A DNA stretch of 64,000 nucleotides from an uncultured Microthrixaceae bacterium (GCA_963714875.1 CAVQQI010000010.1:320402-384401), one strand, 5' to 3'. Positions 20,395 to 31,342 are shown, counted from the stretch's first letter. Program-made: numbers and translations. The notes: a model not told the origin generated them from the sequence alone.

Positions 20395-22050
20395 TCAGCA
20401 GGTCGGCGATCCGCCGGGTGACGTGGCCGAGTCGGTCGGGATGCCGTTGACGTACAGGTCGAAGCGGAACTCGACCGGTGCGCACACCTGCGGGGTCGGC
20501 AACTCGATGACGCCGCCGTCGCCGCTCGGCCCTGCGTAGAACAACGCTGCGGGTTGGACCCACGAGGCGCCGGGAGCCGGGCGTTCGTAGCCGGCGATCA
20601 CCACCGACGTGCCCGTCGGGACGCCGCTGCGTGCCAACTCGATCGTGGTGACGCCGTCGGCGAACGCGGCCTGCACGATCTGCAGCGTCGCATCGGTCGG
20701 TGGGGGCGCCGACGGGTCCGCACCCGCTGCGAGAGCGATCATGGCGACCCCCTCATCGGCGAAGCGGGTGGCCAGCTCTGCGCTCGACGGCACGGCGTCG
20801 CCGACGAACTCGAGCAGCGTCAGGTACTGGGCGGCGAGCGTCCGGTTGGTGTCGGTGCCCTGCATCGCGGTCATCTGGTCCGTTGCTCGTTCCAACCACT
20901 CCGAGGCTGTCGTCGGGTCGTCCTGGGCGACGGCGATCGCGGATCTCCACAGCTGGAGCCCGGGCGTCCGCTGCTGCTCGTCGACGGCGTCCTCGAGCAG
21001 CGTCGCGGCGGCGTCCCAGTCCTCCCCGACGATCCTGGCCAGCGCCGCGATCGCCACTGCTTGCGCGTCCTTGGTGGCTCCCAGTTCGAATGCCCGATCC
21101 AGGTCGGCCACGGCTGCATCGACGACCTGGGGGGATTGATCGGTGATCGCCAGCGACGTGAGCAGGTCCGGATTGGCGACCACCAGTCGGGCGAGTCCGC
21201 GCCCCGCGAAGGCCGGCGCGTAGGTGTCACTTGCTTCGATGGCGGTGTCGAAGTCGTCGACGGCGTCCTCCGCACGCCCCTGGGCGAGCGCGACCTCCCC
21301 GGCCGCGGTGGCGGAGATGGCGGGCAGGTCGACCTCGGGGATCGGCTTCAGATAGATGTGGACCGCCCAGCCGAAGCAGAACAGGGCGAGGAGCAGGCCG
21401 GGCCCGACGAACGGCGGGCGGATCCTGGGGCCCACCACCATCGTGAAGCCGATCAGGAAGATCGCGATGGCGAGCGTCGTCAGCACGGTCTCGTACTGCG
21501 AGGCACGCGCGTTCCAGGTGATCCGCTGGTCGACCACCGCACGCTGCTCGAGCGACAGGCGTCGTGCTTCCTCGCTGATCGCGGTCACCCGCGCGTCGTC
21601 ACCTTTCAGTGCGTCGTTCACGAGCGCCTGGCCGGCGTCCACGCGGGCTTGTTCCCGGTTCGGGTCCAGCTCGGCTCCGGCCGCGTCGACGGCAGCGGGC
21701 GAGAGGTTGAAGGCGTCGCGCAGCGGGAACACGTCGATCTCGGCGGCCACCTGCTCGAGCCCGGCCTGCACGCCGCGGTCGACGACCCGAGCCGTCTGCG
21801 CCTCGGCGGCGAGTCTGGTGGCCTCTCGGGTGGTGCGGGACTCGTTGGTGGCAGCGTTGGTCTGCAACACCGCGATCCAGGCGCCGAGCAGCGCCAGCGC
21901 GGCCAGCGTGATCCCGATCCGCCGTCGGTACCGACGCTCGCCCGGGGTCTCCTCGGCAGCTGTCGGTCCCGTCGGTCCGCTCGTCGGCGTCGGCTGTCGT
22001 CGACGGCCGGTCGTCGGCTGGTCCGGTGCGGCGTCGTGGTCGTCGACCAT
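20395..22050 (-). CDS. hypothetical membrane protein (N-terminal TM plus a central TM pair, Ala-rich helical domains)
   Basis: 551-aa ORF. Its start overlaps the stop of the upstream gene (22050/22052). Confidence 0.55.
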   Translation of the reverse strand: MVDDHDAAPDQPTTGRRRQPTPTSGPTGPTAAEETPGERRYRRRIGITLAALALLGAWIAVLQTNAATNESRTTREATRLAAEAQTARVVDRGVQAGLEQVAAEIDVFPLRDAFNLSPAAVDAAGAELDPNREQARVDAGQALVNDALKGDDARVTAISEEARRLSLEQRAVVDQRITWNARASQYETVLTTLAIAIFLIGFTMVVGPRIRPPFVGPGLLLALFCFGWAVHIYLKPIPEVDLPAISATAAGEVALAQGRAEDAVDDFDTAIEASDTYAPAFAGRGLARLVVANPDLLTSLAITDQSPQVVDAAVADLDRAFELGATKDAQAVAIAALARIVGEDWDAAATLLEDAVDEQQRTPGLQLWRSAIAVAQDDPTTASEWLERATDQMTAMQGTDTNRTLAAQYLTLLEFVGDAVPSSAELATRFADEGVAMIALAAGADPSAPPPTDATLQIVQAAFADGVTTIELARSGVPTGTSVVIAGYERPAPGASWVQPAALFYAGPSGDGGVIELPTPQVCAPVEFRFDLYVNGIPTDSATSPGGSPTC

Positions 22051-22051
22051 C

Positions 22052-22843
22052 TCAGAACACCGTCGCGATCGTCGTCACCGTCACCACGGAGAAGAACGCA
22101 GATCCGACCGCGAATCCCGTCCACCTGACGGGTCGACGCTCGGCGAGTTGCGCGACGGTGTAGGCGACGACCGAGACGAGGAGCAGCAGTGTCGCCAGCC
22201 GGAGGCCCCGCACCCGGCTGCGGGTGTCGTCGGCCTGGTCCGCCCATCGCTGGGGGTCGAGTTGGCCGGCTGAGGCGATACCCGTCGTCGCCTGCGCCTC
22301 GAGGGTCGCGATCTGGTCATCGATGTCGAACGGCTGCGGCTGGTCCGACGCCGTGACGACTTCGGTCAGCAGCGTCTGTTCACCGAATACCCCCGCCGCC
22401 GCAGCCAGCTCTGACGCCGAGAGCCTCAGCGTGTCGGCGTCATCGGAGAAGCTGGCGGCGAACGGGTCCTGTTGTTGGGCCTCCAACTCGTCCGCGATGT
22501 CGTCGAGCGCAGCCGCTTCGGCGTAGTCGGCCACGTAGCGGACGTAGGCGACCGCATCGTTCACTGCCGTCAGGCTGACTTCGACGTTCTGCTCCTGCTG
22601 CTGGATCGTCTGGCCGACCGATTGGCGATCCTCGAACGCTGCGCTGGAGCCCAGCTGGCCGGCACGCCAGGTGAACAGACCGGCGGTCACCGTCACGACG
22701 CCGATCAGCAGCGGCACCAGCCAGACCGGAATGACCCGGCGTCGGGAATCCGGTCCGCTCCCGTGACCGGTGTCGCTGTCCTGGCCCGGTTCGCTGTGCT
22801 CATCCGTGTTGTCGTCGTGGCTCATCTCGCTGTCCTGGCTCAT
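22052..22843 (-). CDS. hypothetical membrane protein with acidic N-terminal tail
   Basis: 263 aa with TM helices near both ends. An 18-bp x3 tandem repeat spans the start codon. Confidence 0.55.
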   Translation of the reverse strand: MSQDSEMSHDDNTDEHSEPGQDSDTGHGSGPDSRRRVIPVWLVPLLIGVVTVTAGLFTWRAGQLGSSAAFEDRQSVGQTIQQQEQNVEVSLTAVNDAVAYVRYVADYAEAAALDDIADELEAQQQDPFAASFSDDADTLRLSASELAAAAGVFGEQTLLTEVVTASDQPQPFDIDDQIATLEAQATTGIASAGQLDPQRWADQADDTRSRVRGLRLATLLLLVSVVAYTVAQLAERRPVRWTGFAVGSAFFSVVTVTTIATVF

Positions 22844-22874
22844 CTCGCTGTCCTGGCTCGTCTCGCCGTCCCGG
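22821..22874. repeat. 18-bp tandem repeat x3 (CTCATCTCGCTGTCCTGG; third copy has 3 mismatches)
   Basis: Read directly in the sequence. Encodes SQDSEM repeats at, and just upstream of, the start of the 22052..22843 gene. Confidence 0.6.
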
Positions 22875-24526
22875 GCGGTCGTGTGTCCGACTGGCCATCA
22901 GCCGCCGATGCCGCGGGAGCAGCAACCCCGATGGGACCCTCGCGGTCTCGGGTCGGTGACTCGCTGGGAAGGTCCCGGGTGAAGGCGAGCGAGATCAGCG
23001 CCAGCAGCGCGGCGGCCAGCAGCCCGGCCTTCAGCGCCTGGATCTGGGCCTGCTCGTAGTCATCGACGATCGCCGCGCTGGTCGCGTCGTCCAGCCCGGC
23101 GTCAGCGGCGGCGGTGGCGATCTGGTCCGAGTCCACGAAGTCGATCCCGCCCCCGACGGCGACCCCGACCTGTGCCGCGATCTCGTCGCTGATCCGAGGG
23201 TCGTCCTCGATCCTGTCGACGAAGACCCCGGTCAGCCCGGCCAGCACGATCGCGCCGATGAGCGCGACACCGAGCGACGACCCGAGCTGCTGGCCGGTGT
23301 ACTGCAGGCCCCCGGCCTCTCCGCGTCCGGATGCGTCGACCGAGGACTGCACCACGTTGCCCAGCTGGGACACGATCAGCCCCATGCCGATGCCCAGCAC
23401 GGCCATGGAGATGGCGAAGCCGGACTCGCCCAGGTCGGGCTGCACCGTGGCGAGCAGGGCGAGCACGGCCACCACGGCGGTCACCAGTCCGCCACGCACG
23501 ATGGTGCGCACCGGACCACCGTGCTCGACAGTCGGGAACCAGCGGCCGAGGCGAGGAACATGGTGATGGAGACCGGCAGCATCTTGATGCCCGTCTCGAG
23601 CGCATCCAGGCCCACCACCAGCTGCAGGTAGAGCGGGATGACGAAGAAGACGCCCATGAGGATGAGGTTCTGGGTGAACAGGCCGATCAGTCCGGACCGC
23701 AGCGGCGCGATCCGCAGCAGTGCCAGGTGCACCAGCGGATCGGCACCGGAGGACTCGCGGTGGCGCTGCCACTGGACGAAGCCCCACAGCAGTACGCCGC
23801 CGCCGGCGATGACGAAGATGGTCAGCGAGAAGCCGAACGGCTCCACCGGGGAGTCCTTGGGCACCACCCACCCCCAGGTGCTGGACTGCAGCGTGCCCAG
23901 CACGACCGCACCCAGACCGGTCGCAGCCAGGATGCTGCCCACGACGTCGAGTCGGGGTGCGGTCGCCGATGCGCGGTGCGTCACCGATGAGGCGGGTCAT
24001 CGCCAGGATGAACAGCACCAGGACGACCTCGCCCACGAACACCACCCGCCACGACAGCTCGGTGGTGGCCCAGCCGCCGAGGATCGGTCCGATGGCGATG
24101 CCGGCGCCGGCGACGCCGCCGATGACCGCGTAGGCGACCTTGCGTTCCGGACCCCTCGAAGTTCCCGGCGATCAACGCTGCCAGTGCCGGCAGCACCAGC
24201 GCAGCGCCGATGCCTTCCAGGATCGACCACCCGAACGCCAGGACCGCGACCGATGGTGCGACGGCGGTCACGGCCGAGCCGCAGGCGTAGATGACCAGTC
24301 CGACGGTGAAGGCCGTGCGTCGGCCGATGATGTCGCCGATCTTGCCGCCGGTGAGCATCAGCATGGCCATCACCAGGCAGTAGAGCGTGATGACGCCCTG
24401 GATCGTGGTGACGGTGGTGTCGAAGTCCTCGACGAGCTGACTGATCGACACGTTCATCACGGACTGATCGAGCACCATCACGAACTGAGCGGTCCCCAGC
24501 GCCACCAGCGGCCACCACTTCTTCAC
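22840..24526 (-). pseudogene. MFS transporter, DHA2 (EmrB/QacA-like, 14-TM) family, split over three to four frames
   Basis: N-terminus KKWWPLVALGTAQFVMVLDQSVMNVSISQL...GRRTAFTVGLVIYACGS. The central part (23481..23984 frame) and C-terminal part (22840.. frame) continue the same transporter. Frame breaks fall near 24160, 23990 and 23520. Confidence 0.7.
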
Positions 24527-24647
24527 GGGTGCACCTCGTCGTGTCCTGTCCTGTCCGTGTCGCCGCCCGGGGCGATCTCGTCGGCGAACACTAGCGACGG
24601 CGGCGCCGAACCACGATACCCAGCGTGGCTCACGCCAGACTGGACCG

Positions 24648-25840
24648 GTGGCGACCCCGGAACCAGCCGACGGCATCGAGTTGCAGCAGCGGACCGAGAA
24701 GTGGTTCGTGCGACGTGGGGTGCCGCACTTCATCGACCGACTACAGCGCCTCGGAGGACGTCTTCACCAGGGCCTGGCCGGTGCTGACGTTCATCTTCGT
24801 GCTCGAGACGGTCAGCGCCGTGTCCGACGACCTGCCGGCCTGGGCCAACGTCGCGGCGGTGTTCACCGGCGTGGTGTTGGTGGTCGCAACGCTGGCGTTG
24901 CTGAATCGCGCACGGGCACGGCCCTGGTATCGGCGTCCCGACACGATCGGCCTGCCCGAGCTGGCTGCCTTCGTGCTGGTGCCGCCACTGCTACCGCTCC
25001 TGTTCGGCCTGGACGCGGCGACCGCCGGCGTGACGATCGTGTTCAACCTGGTGGTGCTGGTCGTCGTGTACGTCGTGGTGTCGTACGGCCTGTTGCCGAT
25101 GACCGGCGTGGGCCGTCGCCCAGTTGTTCCGTCAGTTCGCCAACGTCGCGAACCTGATGATCCGTGCACTGCCGCTGCTGTTGATCTTCACCATGTTCAT
25201 GTTCGTCAACGCCGAGATGTGGAAGGTGGCCACCGACATCCCCGGCGACTTCTACGCCGCGGCGATCGTGCTGCTGGTCGTGACCGGATCGTTGTTCATG
25301 GCCATCCGGCTGCCCCGAGAGGTGCACGATGCAGGGTCGTTCGGCGAGTGGAGCGAGGTCCGGGGCTACCTGGCCGACACGCCCCTCGAGGCGACTGGCA
25401 TCGACGGACTGGCGGAGCCTCCGGTGACGCCCACCCAACACCGTCGCTCCCGGTTGAACGTCGGTCTGCTGTTCTTCACCGCGCAGTCCATCCAGATCGC
25501 CTTCGTGACCCTGGCCATCTTCGTGTTCTACGTGATGCTGGGCATCCTGATCGTCAGCCCCGACACCATCGCGCTGTGGACCGGGGACCAGTCGCCCGGA
25601 GTCGTCGCGGAGTTCACCCTGTGGGAGAACGACATCGTGCTCACCGGGGCGCTGCTGCGGTGCGCAGCGTTCATCGCCGCCGTCGGAGGGCTCCAGTTCA
25701 CGGTCTCGGCGCTGACCGACACGAGCTACCGCAAGGAGTTCGTCGAGGAGAACACCGCAGAGATGCGCAAGAACTTCGCGGTGCGCGCCGTCTACCTGGC
25801 GCGGTTCGCCCAGACCGGACGTGCCGCCGAACAGGTGTGA
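24648..25840 (+). CDS. hypothetical polytopic membrane protein (frame-interrupted)
   Basis: N-terminus VATPEPADGIELQQRTEKWFVRRGVPHFIDR in one frame, TM segments in a second frame (24625 ORF) and in a third (25124..25840). Consistent with one gene carrying two frameshifts. Confidence 0.5.
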
Positions 25841-25868
25841 CTCGCCCCGACGGTCCGGCCGACCCGCC

Positions 25869-26984
25869 TCAGCCGACGACCCGGCGCATGACCGATTCGA
25901 GGGGACCTCGGTCGAAGCGTCGTCGCCACGCCCATGAGCCGACGATCGCAGCCGCGCAGAACACCAGGCTGGTGAGCAGCGACCAGCTGAGGGTCTGGTC
26001 CTCCAGACGGCCGAACGCGTCCAGTGCGACCATGCCGACCACGACGTGGGCCAGGTAGATGGTCAACGCCAACTGCCCGGTCGACACCAGCGGTTCGGAC
26101 ACCTTGAGCCGCAGGTGCTCACCGAGCCAGATCGACCCGCAGATGACCAGCACCGCGGTGGCTGCGCCGGCCGCCAGGTACAACGGGAGCGGAGGGACCG
26201 GGCCGACCGAGAACAGCCACCGCCAGCTCTGCTCGTCCAGGTCGTCGAGGCTGGACCCCTTCGGCCCGAGCACCATCCACGCGGCGACCTCGGTGACCAC
26301 CACGACGCCGGCGGAGCGGATGGCCAGGGTCCGCCGCCAGGCCTGATCGCGCAGATCGGTGCGACCGAGCCACATACCGAACAGGTAGAAGGCCACCCAG
26401 GGGAACACCGGGTGGAAGCCGTCCAGGAACAGGTTGCGCAGGAACCCGGCCGGGGTGGCGAGTCCCACGTAGGAGTAGTCGTCCAGGTTCCAGTTGGCGA
26501 GCGGGTCGAAGCCGACGATGAACACGAACGACACCGCGACCGAGGCCGCGGCCAGCCCGATCAGCCACTTCGACGGCGCGAACAGCACGATCGAGCCGAT
26601 CGCCAGATACACGCCGTAGTAGTGCAGGATGTCGGCCGGCCACAGCGGGAAGAACGCCCAGCCGATCACGAACAGGAACAGCGCCCGCTTGGCCAAGGTG
26701 ATGCGAGCCGCACGCTGCTGGTCGGGGTCGCCGCCCTCGCGTGCTCGGCGTGAGCCCAGGCTGGCGCCGACACCCGCCAGGATCACGAACGTGGCTGCAG
26801 CGCGCCCGTCGAACAGCGCGGCGAAGGTGCGCAGCCACTGCGGTCCGGCCTCCTCGGCGCCCATCGCGATCTTGAAGTTCACGATGACCATGCCGATGAT
26901 CGCGAACGCCCGCGCGATGTCGAGGCCGATGATCCGTGTGCTGTTGGCCGCTGTGTCGATCGAGGTGGTCGCGCGGCCGCTCAC
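25869..26984 (-). CDS. DUF418/DUF1624-family membrane protein (heparan-alpha-glucosaminide N-acetyltransferase-like)
   Basis: Multi-TM protein with C-terminus ...WRRRFDRGPLESVMRRVVG, matching the DUF418 GPLEWL signature. Confidence 0.75.
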   Translation of the reverse strand: MSGRATTSIDTAANSTRIIGLDIARAFAIIGMVIVNFKIAMGAEEAGPQWLRTFAALFDGRAAATFVILAGVGASLGSRRAREGGDPDQQRAARITLAKRALFLFVIGWAFFPLWPADILHYYGVYLAIGSIVLFAPSKWLIGLAAASVAVSFVFIVGFDPLANWNLDDYSYVGLATPAGFLRNLFLDGFHPVFPWVAFYLFGMWLGRTDLRDQAWRRTLAIRSAGVVVVTEVAAWMVLGPKGSSLDDLDEQSWRWLFSVGPVPPLPLYLAAGAATAVLVICGSIWLGEHLRLKVSEPLVSTGQLALTIYLAHVVVGMVALDAFGRLEDQTLSWSLLTSLVFCAAAIVGSWAWRRRFDRGPLESVMRRVVG

Positions 26985-27040
26985 CGGTCGACCCGACGAC
27001 GTGGTGGGAAGCGGAGTGGTCGTCGTTGGGGGTGCACGAA

Positions 27041-27066
27041 CTGATGGTACTGACAGTGACTATCAG
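27041..27066. promoter_or_regulatory. imperfect inverted repeat CTGATGGTACTGACAGTGACTATCAG between divergent DUF418 and TetR genes; candidate TetR operator
   Basis: Inverted repeat with ctgat/atcag outer arms and an actgNcagt core. Confidence 0.2.
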
Positions 27067-27106
27067 ATCAAATGTGACTTTCAGTAGCCGTCGCTAAGCT
27101 CCGACG

Positions 27107-27688
27107 ATGGCCGAAACCGTTCCCCTGCGTCGCCGGAACCGGCTGGCCGCCATGCGGTCGGTGCAGGCCATTGCGGTTGCGATGTTCGAGTTGGCTGGGT
27201 TCGAGACCACGACGGTCGAGCACGTCGCCGGGGAGAGTGGGGTCTCGGCCTCGACGATCTACCGCTACTTCGGCACCAAGGAGGCGCTGGTGCTCTGGGA
27301 CGAGCGCGACGACGTGGTCGAGGCCGAGCTGACGGACCGACTCGCGATCCAGCGTCCGGTCGAGGCCTTCCGAGATGCGATGGTCGTGGCATTCGGTGAG
27401 CGCAACGACAGCGACCTGTTCCTGCGCCGACTGCGCCTCGTCTATGCCGAGCCGGCCATCTGGGCCGCTGCTGCCCAGCGCGACCGTGTGGACCGCCGTG
27501 AGCTCGCGGCGGGATTCGCCGCGGCGGACGGCCGCTCGTCGGCGGAGTTCGCCGACACGCTGTCGGCTGCGGTGTGTCTGGCGGCGTTGGACGTGGCGTT
27601 CGAGCGGTGGCAACAGGACCCGTCGAGGGCGGACCTGGCCGAGCTCATCACCGAGGCGATCGACCGGGCGAGCGCGAGCCTGTCCTGA
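27107..27688 (+). CDS. TetR/AcrR-family transcriptional regulator
   Basis: N-terminal HTH: FELAGFETTTVEHVAGESGVSASTIYRYFGTKEAL. Confidence 0.85.
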   Translation: MAETVPLRRRNRLAAMRSVQAIAVAMFELAGFETTTVEHVAGESGVSASTIYRYFGTKEALVLWDERDDVVEAELTDRLAIQRPVEAFRDAMVVAFGERNDSDLFLRRLRLVYAEPAIWAAAAQRDRVDRRELAAGFAAADGRSSAEFADTLSAAVCLAALDVAFERWQQDPSRADLAELITEAIDRASASLS

Positions 27689-27712
27689 CGGAGTCGCCGG
27701 TAGGGTCGGCGC

Positions 27713-28024
27713 ATGGGCCTACCTACTGCACCTGTTGTCGCCGGTTCGCTGATCGGCGGCTACGTCGTCGCCCGCGAGACGAAGATCCGGCCCCTCGGCG
27801 GCATCGTGCTCGCTGCCGGTGGTGTGCTGGCCGGACGTCAGTGGGCGCGTCGCGTCGGGCCGGCGGGCACCGTGGCGCTGACCGCGGTGTACCTGGGCGC
27901 CTTCGGCGCGTCACATCCGCTCGCGAAGAAGATCGGAGCCTGGCCGGCGGTGTTCACCGCCGCCGGGGTGAGCGCGGCGGCTGCCTGGATCGTGTCGGAC
28001 CGACGCAGGGTCGCACCGGACTGA
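27713..28024 (+). CDS. small membrane protein
   Basis: 103 aa with three hydrophobic helices. Placed 25 nt after the TetR stop. Confidence 0.45.
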   Translation: MGLPTAPVVAGSLIGGYVVARETKIRPLGGIVLAAGGVLAGRQWARRVGPAGTVALTAVYLGAFGASHPLAKKIGAWPAVFTAAGVSAAAAWIVSDRRRVAPD

Positions 28025-28043
28025 AACCACCCGCGGCGGGCGG

Positions 28044-30623
28044 TCAGCTGATGGTGGTGGTGCTCAGCACCGGGTTGACCTGGGCGTAGCAGCGGGAGTT
28101 CGACGTGACCGAGCCGAGCAACGGGATGCCGGTCACCCGGGTCTGGAACGTCAGCGACGGATCGCCGTAGGACACGCCGCCGTACTGCGTCGTGATGCTG
28201 GTACCGACCGGACCCGAGGCGGTCAGGGTCACCGTCACCTTGGGCAGCACCGCGGTGACACCCGGAGCGAGCGTGCCCGGCACCACGAGCAGCACGTCGT
28301 CGTCGTTCTGGCCGACGGTGATCGTCCCGGTGCCCAGAGCGCTGCCGCCGCTCCACTCGGCGCCGACGAACGACGTGCCGGTGGGGATCTTGAACCGGAC
28401 GTTGACGTTGCCGAGCCAGGCGATGGGGTAGCCCTCGCCGGAGGTGGGCACGTCGATCGGGTCGGGCGTCAGCTCGATCTGGAACGTCGAGCCCTGGGCG
28501 ACCGAGGTCGGGGCGGTGACCGTCGCACCCGTCGGGTTCGCGTTGATGCGTGTCTGACCCGACGCCGTCGTCTGACACGTCTTGGCGACCGCGGTGTAGG
28601 TGGTCGAGGTGGGCGCAACCGTGGTGGTCGTGCTCGTGGTGGTGGTCGTCGGCGTCGTGCTGGTCGGTGCACCGGTGACGCCGTTGTCCCAGCTGCCGAG
28701 CTGCAGGCCGACCGCACCGGGGTTGCCGGTCGGGCCGGCGTTGCCGGCACCCGCCGAGGCGCCGTTGCCGCCGTCCTGGGTGCCGGAGCCGCCGGTGCCA
28801 CCAGCACCGGGTGCGCCCCCTGCGCCGCCCGGACCGCCGATCGCGGCCGGAGCCGCGGTGAGCGAGCTCCCGGTCAGCGACATGGAGCCGATGCCGAGGT
28901 GCAGCGCCGCGATGGACGGGCCGCCTGCGCCACCACCCGCACCGCCGCCGGCGCCGCCGGCGCCACCGCCGCCTCCACCGCCGCCGCCACCGGCGAGGCA
29001 GCAGGACCTGGTGCCGCCGTTGCCGCCGGCGCCGCCGTTGCCGCCCTGACCGCCGGCCTGGCCGACGCCGCCTGCGCCGCCCGAGCCTGCGATGATCTCG
29101 ACGCCGGTCAGCTGCACGGTCGCGTCGTAGCTGTAGGCACCGAAGGACCCGCCACCGGCGCCGCCGCCGATGGTCGCTGCGGCACCGCCGAGCCCGCCGC
29201 CGCCACCACCGCCACCGCCACCACCGGAGGCCGACGCGGACTTGCCGCCACCGCCGCCGCCCGCACCGTTGCCGGCCGAACCGGCGGTACCGGCCGCGCC
29301 GCTGGCACCGACGTAGGACTCTGCGCCGCCCGGGGCGTTGGGGCCGCCGGCGCCGGGTGCGCCCGCCAGGCCCGCCGGACCGGCCGCGCCGCCACCGGCG
29401 TCGGTGCCGCACCCGAAGAGGCTGCCGCAGCCGCCGTTGCCGCCGGCTGCTCCGGTTCCGGCCGTGCCGGCGGAGCCGGAGCCGCTGTAGTCGCCGCCGC
29501 GTCCACCGGCGCCCGAGACGGTCGGGGCGGGGCCTGCGCACCCGCTGCCGCCGTTGCCCGGCGACGAGGGTCCGCCGGCGTTGCCGCCGCCGGATCCGTT
29601 GCACGCCGCGGGCGGTGCCGGCGGCGCTGCGCCGCCGGATGCTCCTGCGACGCCGTCGGCGGCGGTCAGGGAGCCGCCGGTGACGCTGACGATCGCGCCG
29701 TTGACCGCTCGCAGGCCGTAGGCGCTCGCGCCCGCGCCCGACGGCGTGCCGCTGGCGATGTCGGATGCCTCGATCGAGACCGTCGACGGACCGTTCACGA
29801 ACAACCCGGTGGCATCGGCGCCGCTGGCCCCACCGTCGACCTGGACGCTGTCGAGGGCGAGGCCGGCACCGGTACCGCTGACGTGCAGGCCGAACGCCGG
29901 CCGGGCGTTGCCCGACTCGTCGCCGCCGGCGGCGCGCAGGCCGGAGATCGTGGTCGGTGCGGCGACGTCCACCGCGATGATCGCTGCGGACACCCCCGCT
30001 GCGCCGTCGAAGCTGCCGGTGACCCGGGTCGTGCCCGACGCTCCGAGGAAGTCGTCGTCGTAGCCGCCGAGCACGTCGACGCCGGGCAGGACACGGAACG
30101 CTCCGTAGGTGCCGTCGGCGATCCGCAGCTGGAACCCGCCGGTCGCCTCGGCGCGGGCGAGGCCCTGGGTGATCGACGCGCACGGTGCTGCCAACTCGCC
30201 ACAGGTCCCGGAGTCCGAGCCGGCATCGTCGACGAAGACCACGCCATCGAGGTTCTCCATGACCTCGATGACCTCGGTCGCGGAGCCGGTGGCGCCGCCG
30301 TCGTCGGTCACCACCAGGGTCACCGTGTAGCTGCCGGCGGCCGCATACTCGTGTGATGTCTCGACGCCGGTCGCGGTCGTCCCGTCACCGAAGTCCCAGG
30401 CGTAGCTGGCGATCGTCCCATCGGAATCGGTGCTGCTGGCGGCCGAGAAGTCGACCTGCAGCGGCGCAGCGCCTGCGGTCGGCAGGGCCGACACGACGGC
30501 GATCGGCGACAGGTTCGTGCCGGTGCCACCGCCTCCGCCCGGGGTCGGAGCGGTGCAGGCCGCTGCAATCAGCAGGAGTGCCGCACCTGCACACAGCAGT
30601 GCAGTCGTCCGGTGTCGCAACAT
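28044..30623 (-). CDS. secreted (possibly lipo-) protein: PKD domain + long Gly-rich PGRS-like region + Thr-rich linker + C-terminal beta domain
   Basis: Signal MLRHRTTALLCAGAALLLIAAAC. PKD motif YAWDFGDGTTATG...YTVTLVVTDDGG. About 350 aa of GGAGGxG repeats, then a TTTTSTTTT linker. Confidence 0.8.
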   Translation of the reverse strand: MLRHRTTALLCAGAALLLIAAACTAPTPGGGGGTGTNLSPIAVVSALPTAGAAPLQVDFSAASSTDSDGTIASYAWDFGDGTTATGVETSHEYAAAGSYTVTLVVTDDGGATGSATEVIEVMENLDGVVFVDDAGSDSGTCGELAAPCASITQGLARAEATGGFQLRIADGTYGAFRVLPGVDVLGGYDDDFLGASGTTRVTGSFDGAAGVSAAIIAVDVAAPTTISGLRAAGGDESGNARPAFGLHVSGTGAGLALDSVQVDGGASGADATGLFVNGPSTVSIEASDIASGTPSGAGASAYGLRAVNGAIVSVTGGSLTAADGVAGASGGAAPPAPPAACNGSGGGNAGGPSSPGNGGSGCAGPAPTVSGAGGRGGDYSGSGSAGTAGTGAAGGNGGCGSLFGCGTDAGGGAAGPAGLAGAPGAGGPNAPGGAESYVGASGAAGTAGSAGNGAGGGGGGKSASASGGGGGGGGGGGLGGAAATIGGGAGGGSFGAYSYDATVQLTGVEIIAGSGGAGGVGQAGGQGGNGGAGGNGGTRSCCLAGGGGGGGGGGAGGAGGGAGGGAGGPSIAALHLGIGSMSLTGSSLTAAPAAIGGPGGAGGAPGAGGTGGSGTQDGGNGASAGAGNAGPTGNPGAVGLQLGSWDNGVTGAPTSTTPTTTTTSTTTTVAPTSTTYTAVAKTCQTTASGQTRINANPTGATVTAPTSVAQGSTFQIELTPDPIDVPTSGEGYPIAWLGNVNVRFKIPTGTSFVGAEWSGGSALGTGTITVGQNDDDVLLVVPGTLAPGVTAVLPKVTVTLTASGPVGTSITTQYGGVSYGDPSLTFQTRVTGIPLLGSVTSNSRCYAQVNPVLSTTTIS

Positions 30624-30905
30624 CTCTGTTCCCCCGTTCAGCAACGCCCTCGCCATCGAGCGTCGGCAACCTTGTAGTTGCTGACTCGGAGTCAACGCAA
30701 GCTCCGGGCACGGGGGGGGGGGCGCGGCGCGGCGGTCGCCCGGCCGGGCAGCCCGACCGTGCTCGCCGTAGCGTGCCGGACGTGCCAGCAGAGTTGGTCG
30801 GGAGCAGGTGCCGCGCCGGCCGTCGCAGATGCCCGCGGGCGTGTCCGCTCGCCGACCCGTCGACGGTGCGCAGGTGCTGAACCGGCGGGCGCGCCTGGAC
30901 CGAGG

Positions 30906-31246
30906 TCATGCGCCGCGACGGTGCGGTGTGCGTGTGGTGCGGACGACACATCGACACCGACCTGGTGGGTGCGACGACCGAACACGTGGTGCCGCGATCC
31001 AAGGGCGGTCCGTCCTGGATCGAGAACGAGCTGGCCGCGTGCGCACGCTGCAACCACGATCGTGGGCACCGTGGTCTGGCCGAGTTCGCGGACGAGTGCG
31101 AGGGGCTCGGCCGCACCCCGGACCGGGGCGCGCTGGTCGATGCACTCGAGCGGCTCGACGCTGCCATCCAGGTCCGGGGCGGACAGCGCCGTGCCCGGCG
31201 GTACCTCGACAGCCAGCTCCGTCGCCTGCGCAACCAGCTGCGCTGA
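30906..31246 (+). CDS. HNH endonuclease
   Basis: CVWCG...EHVVPRSKGGPSWIENELAACARCN is an HNH zinc-finger nuclease motif. Confidence 0.75.
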
Positions 31247-31342
31247 ACGCGGCGAAGGGCACGACGGGCCGGGCGAGCGCCATCGCGCCGGGCCCGGACG
31301 CTGCCCCGGGACGCGAACCCCGCGGCAGGAACCGCTCGACCG

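Noticed and set aside
20554-22128. 524-aa + strand ORF
   Set aside because: Antisense to the two membrane-protein genes. No recognisable features.
28600-29700. Apparent tandem GCC/GGC repeat array
   Set aside because: It is the coding sequence of the polyglycine (PGRS-like) region read on the opposite strand. It is not a noncoding satellite or a CRISPR array.
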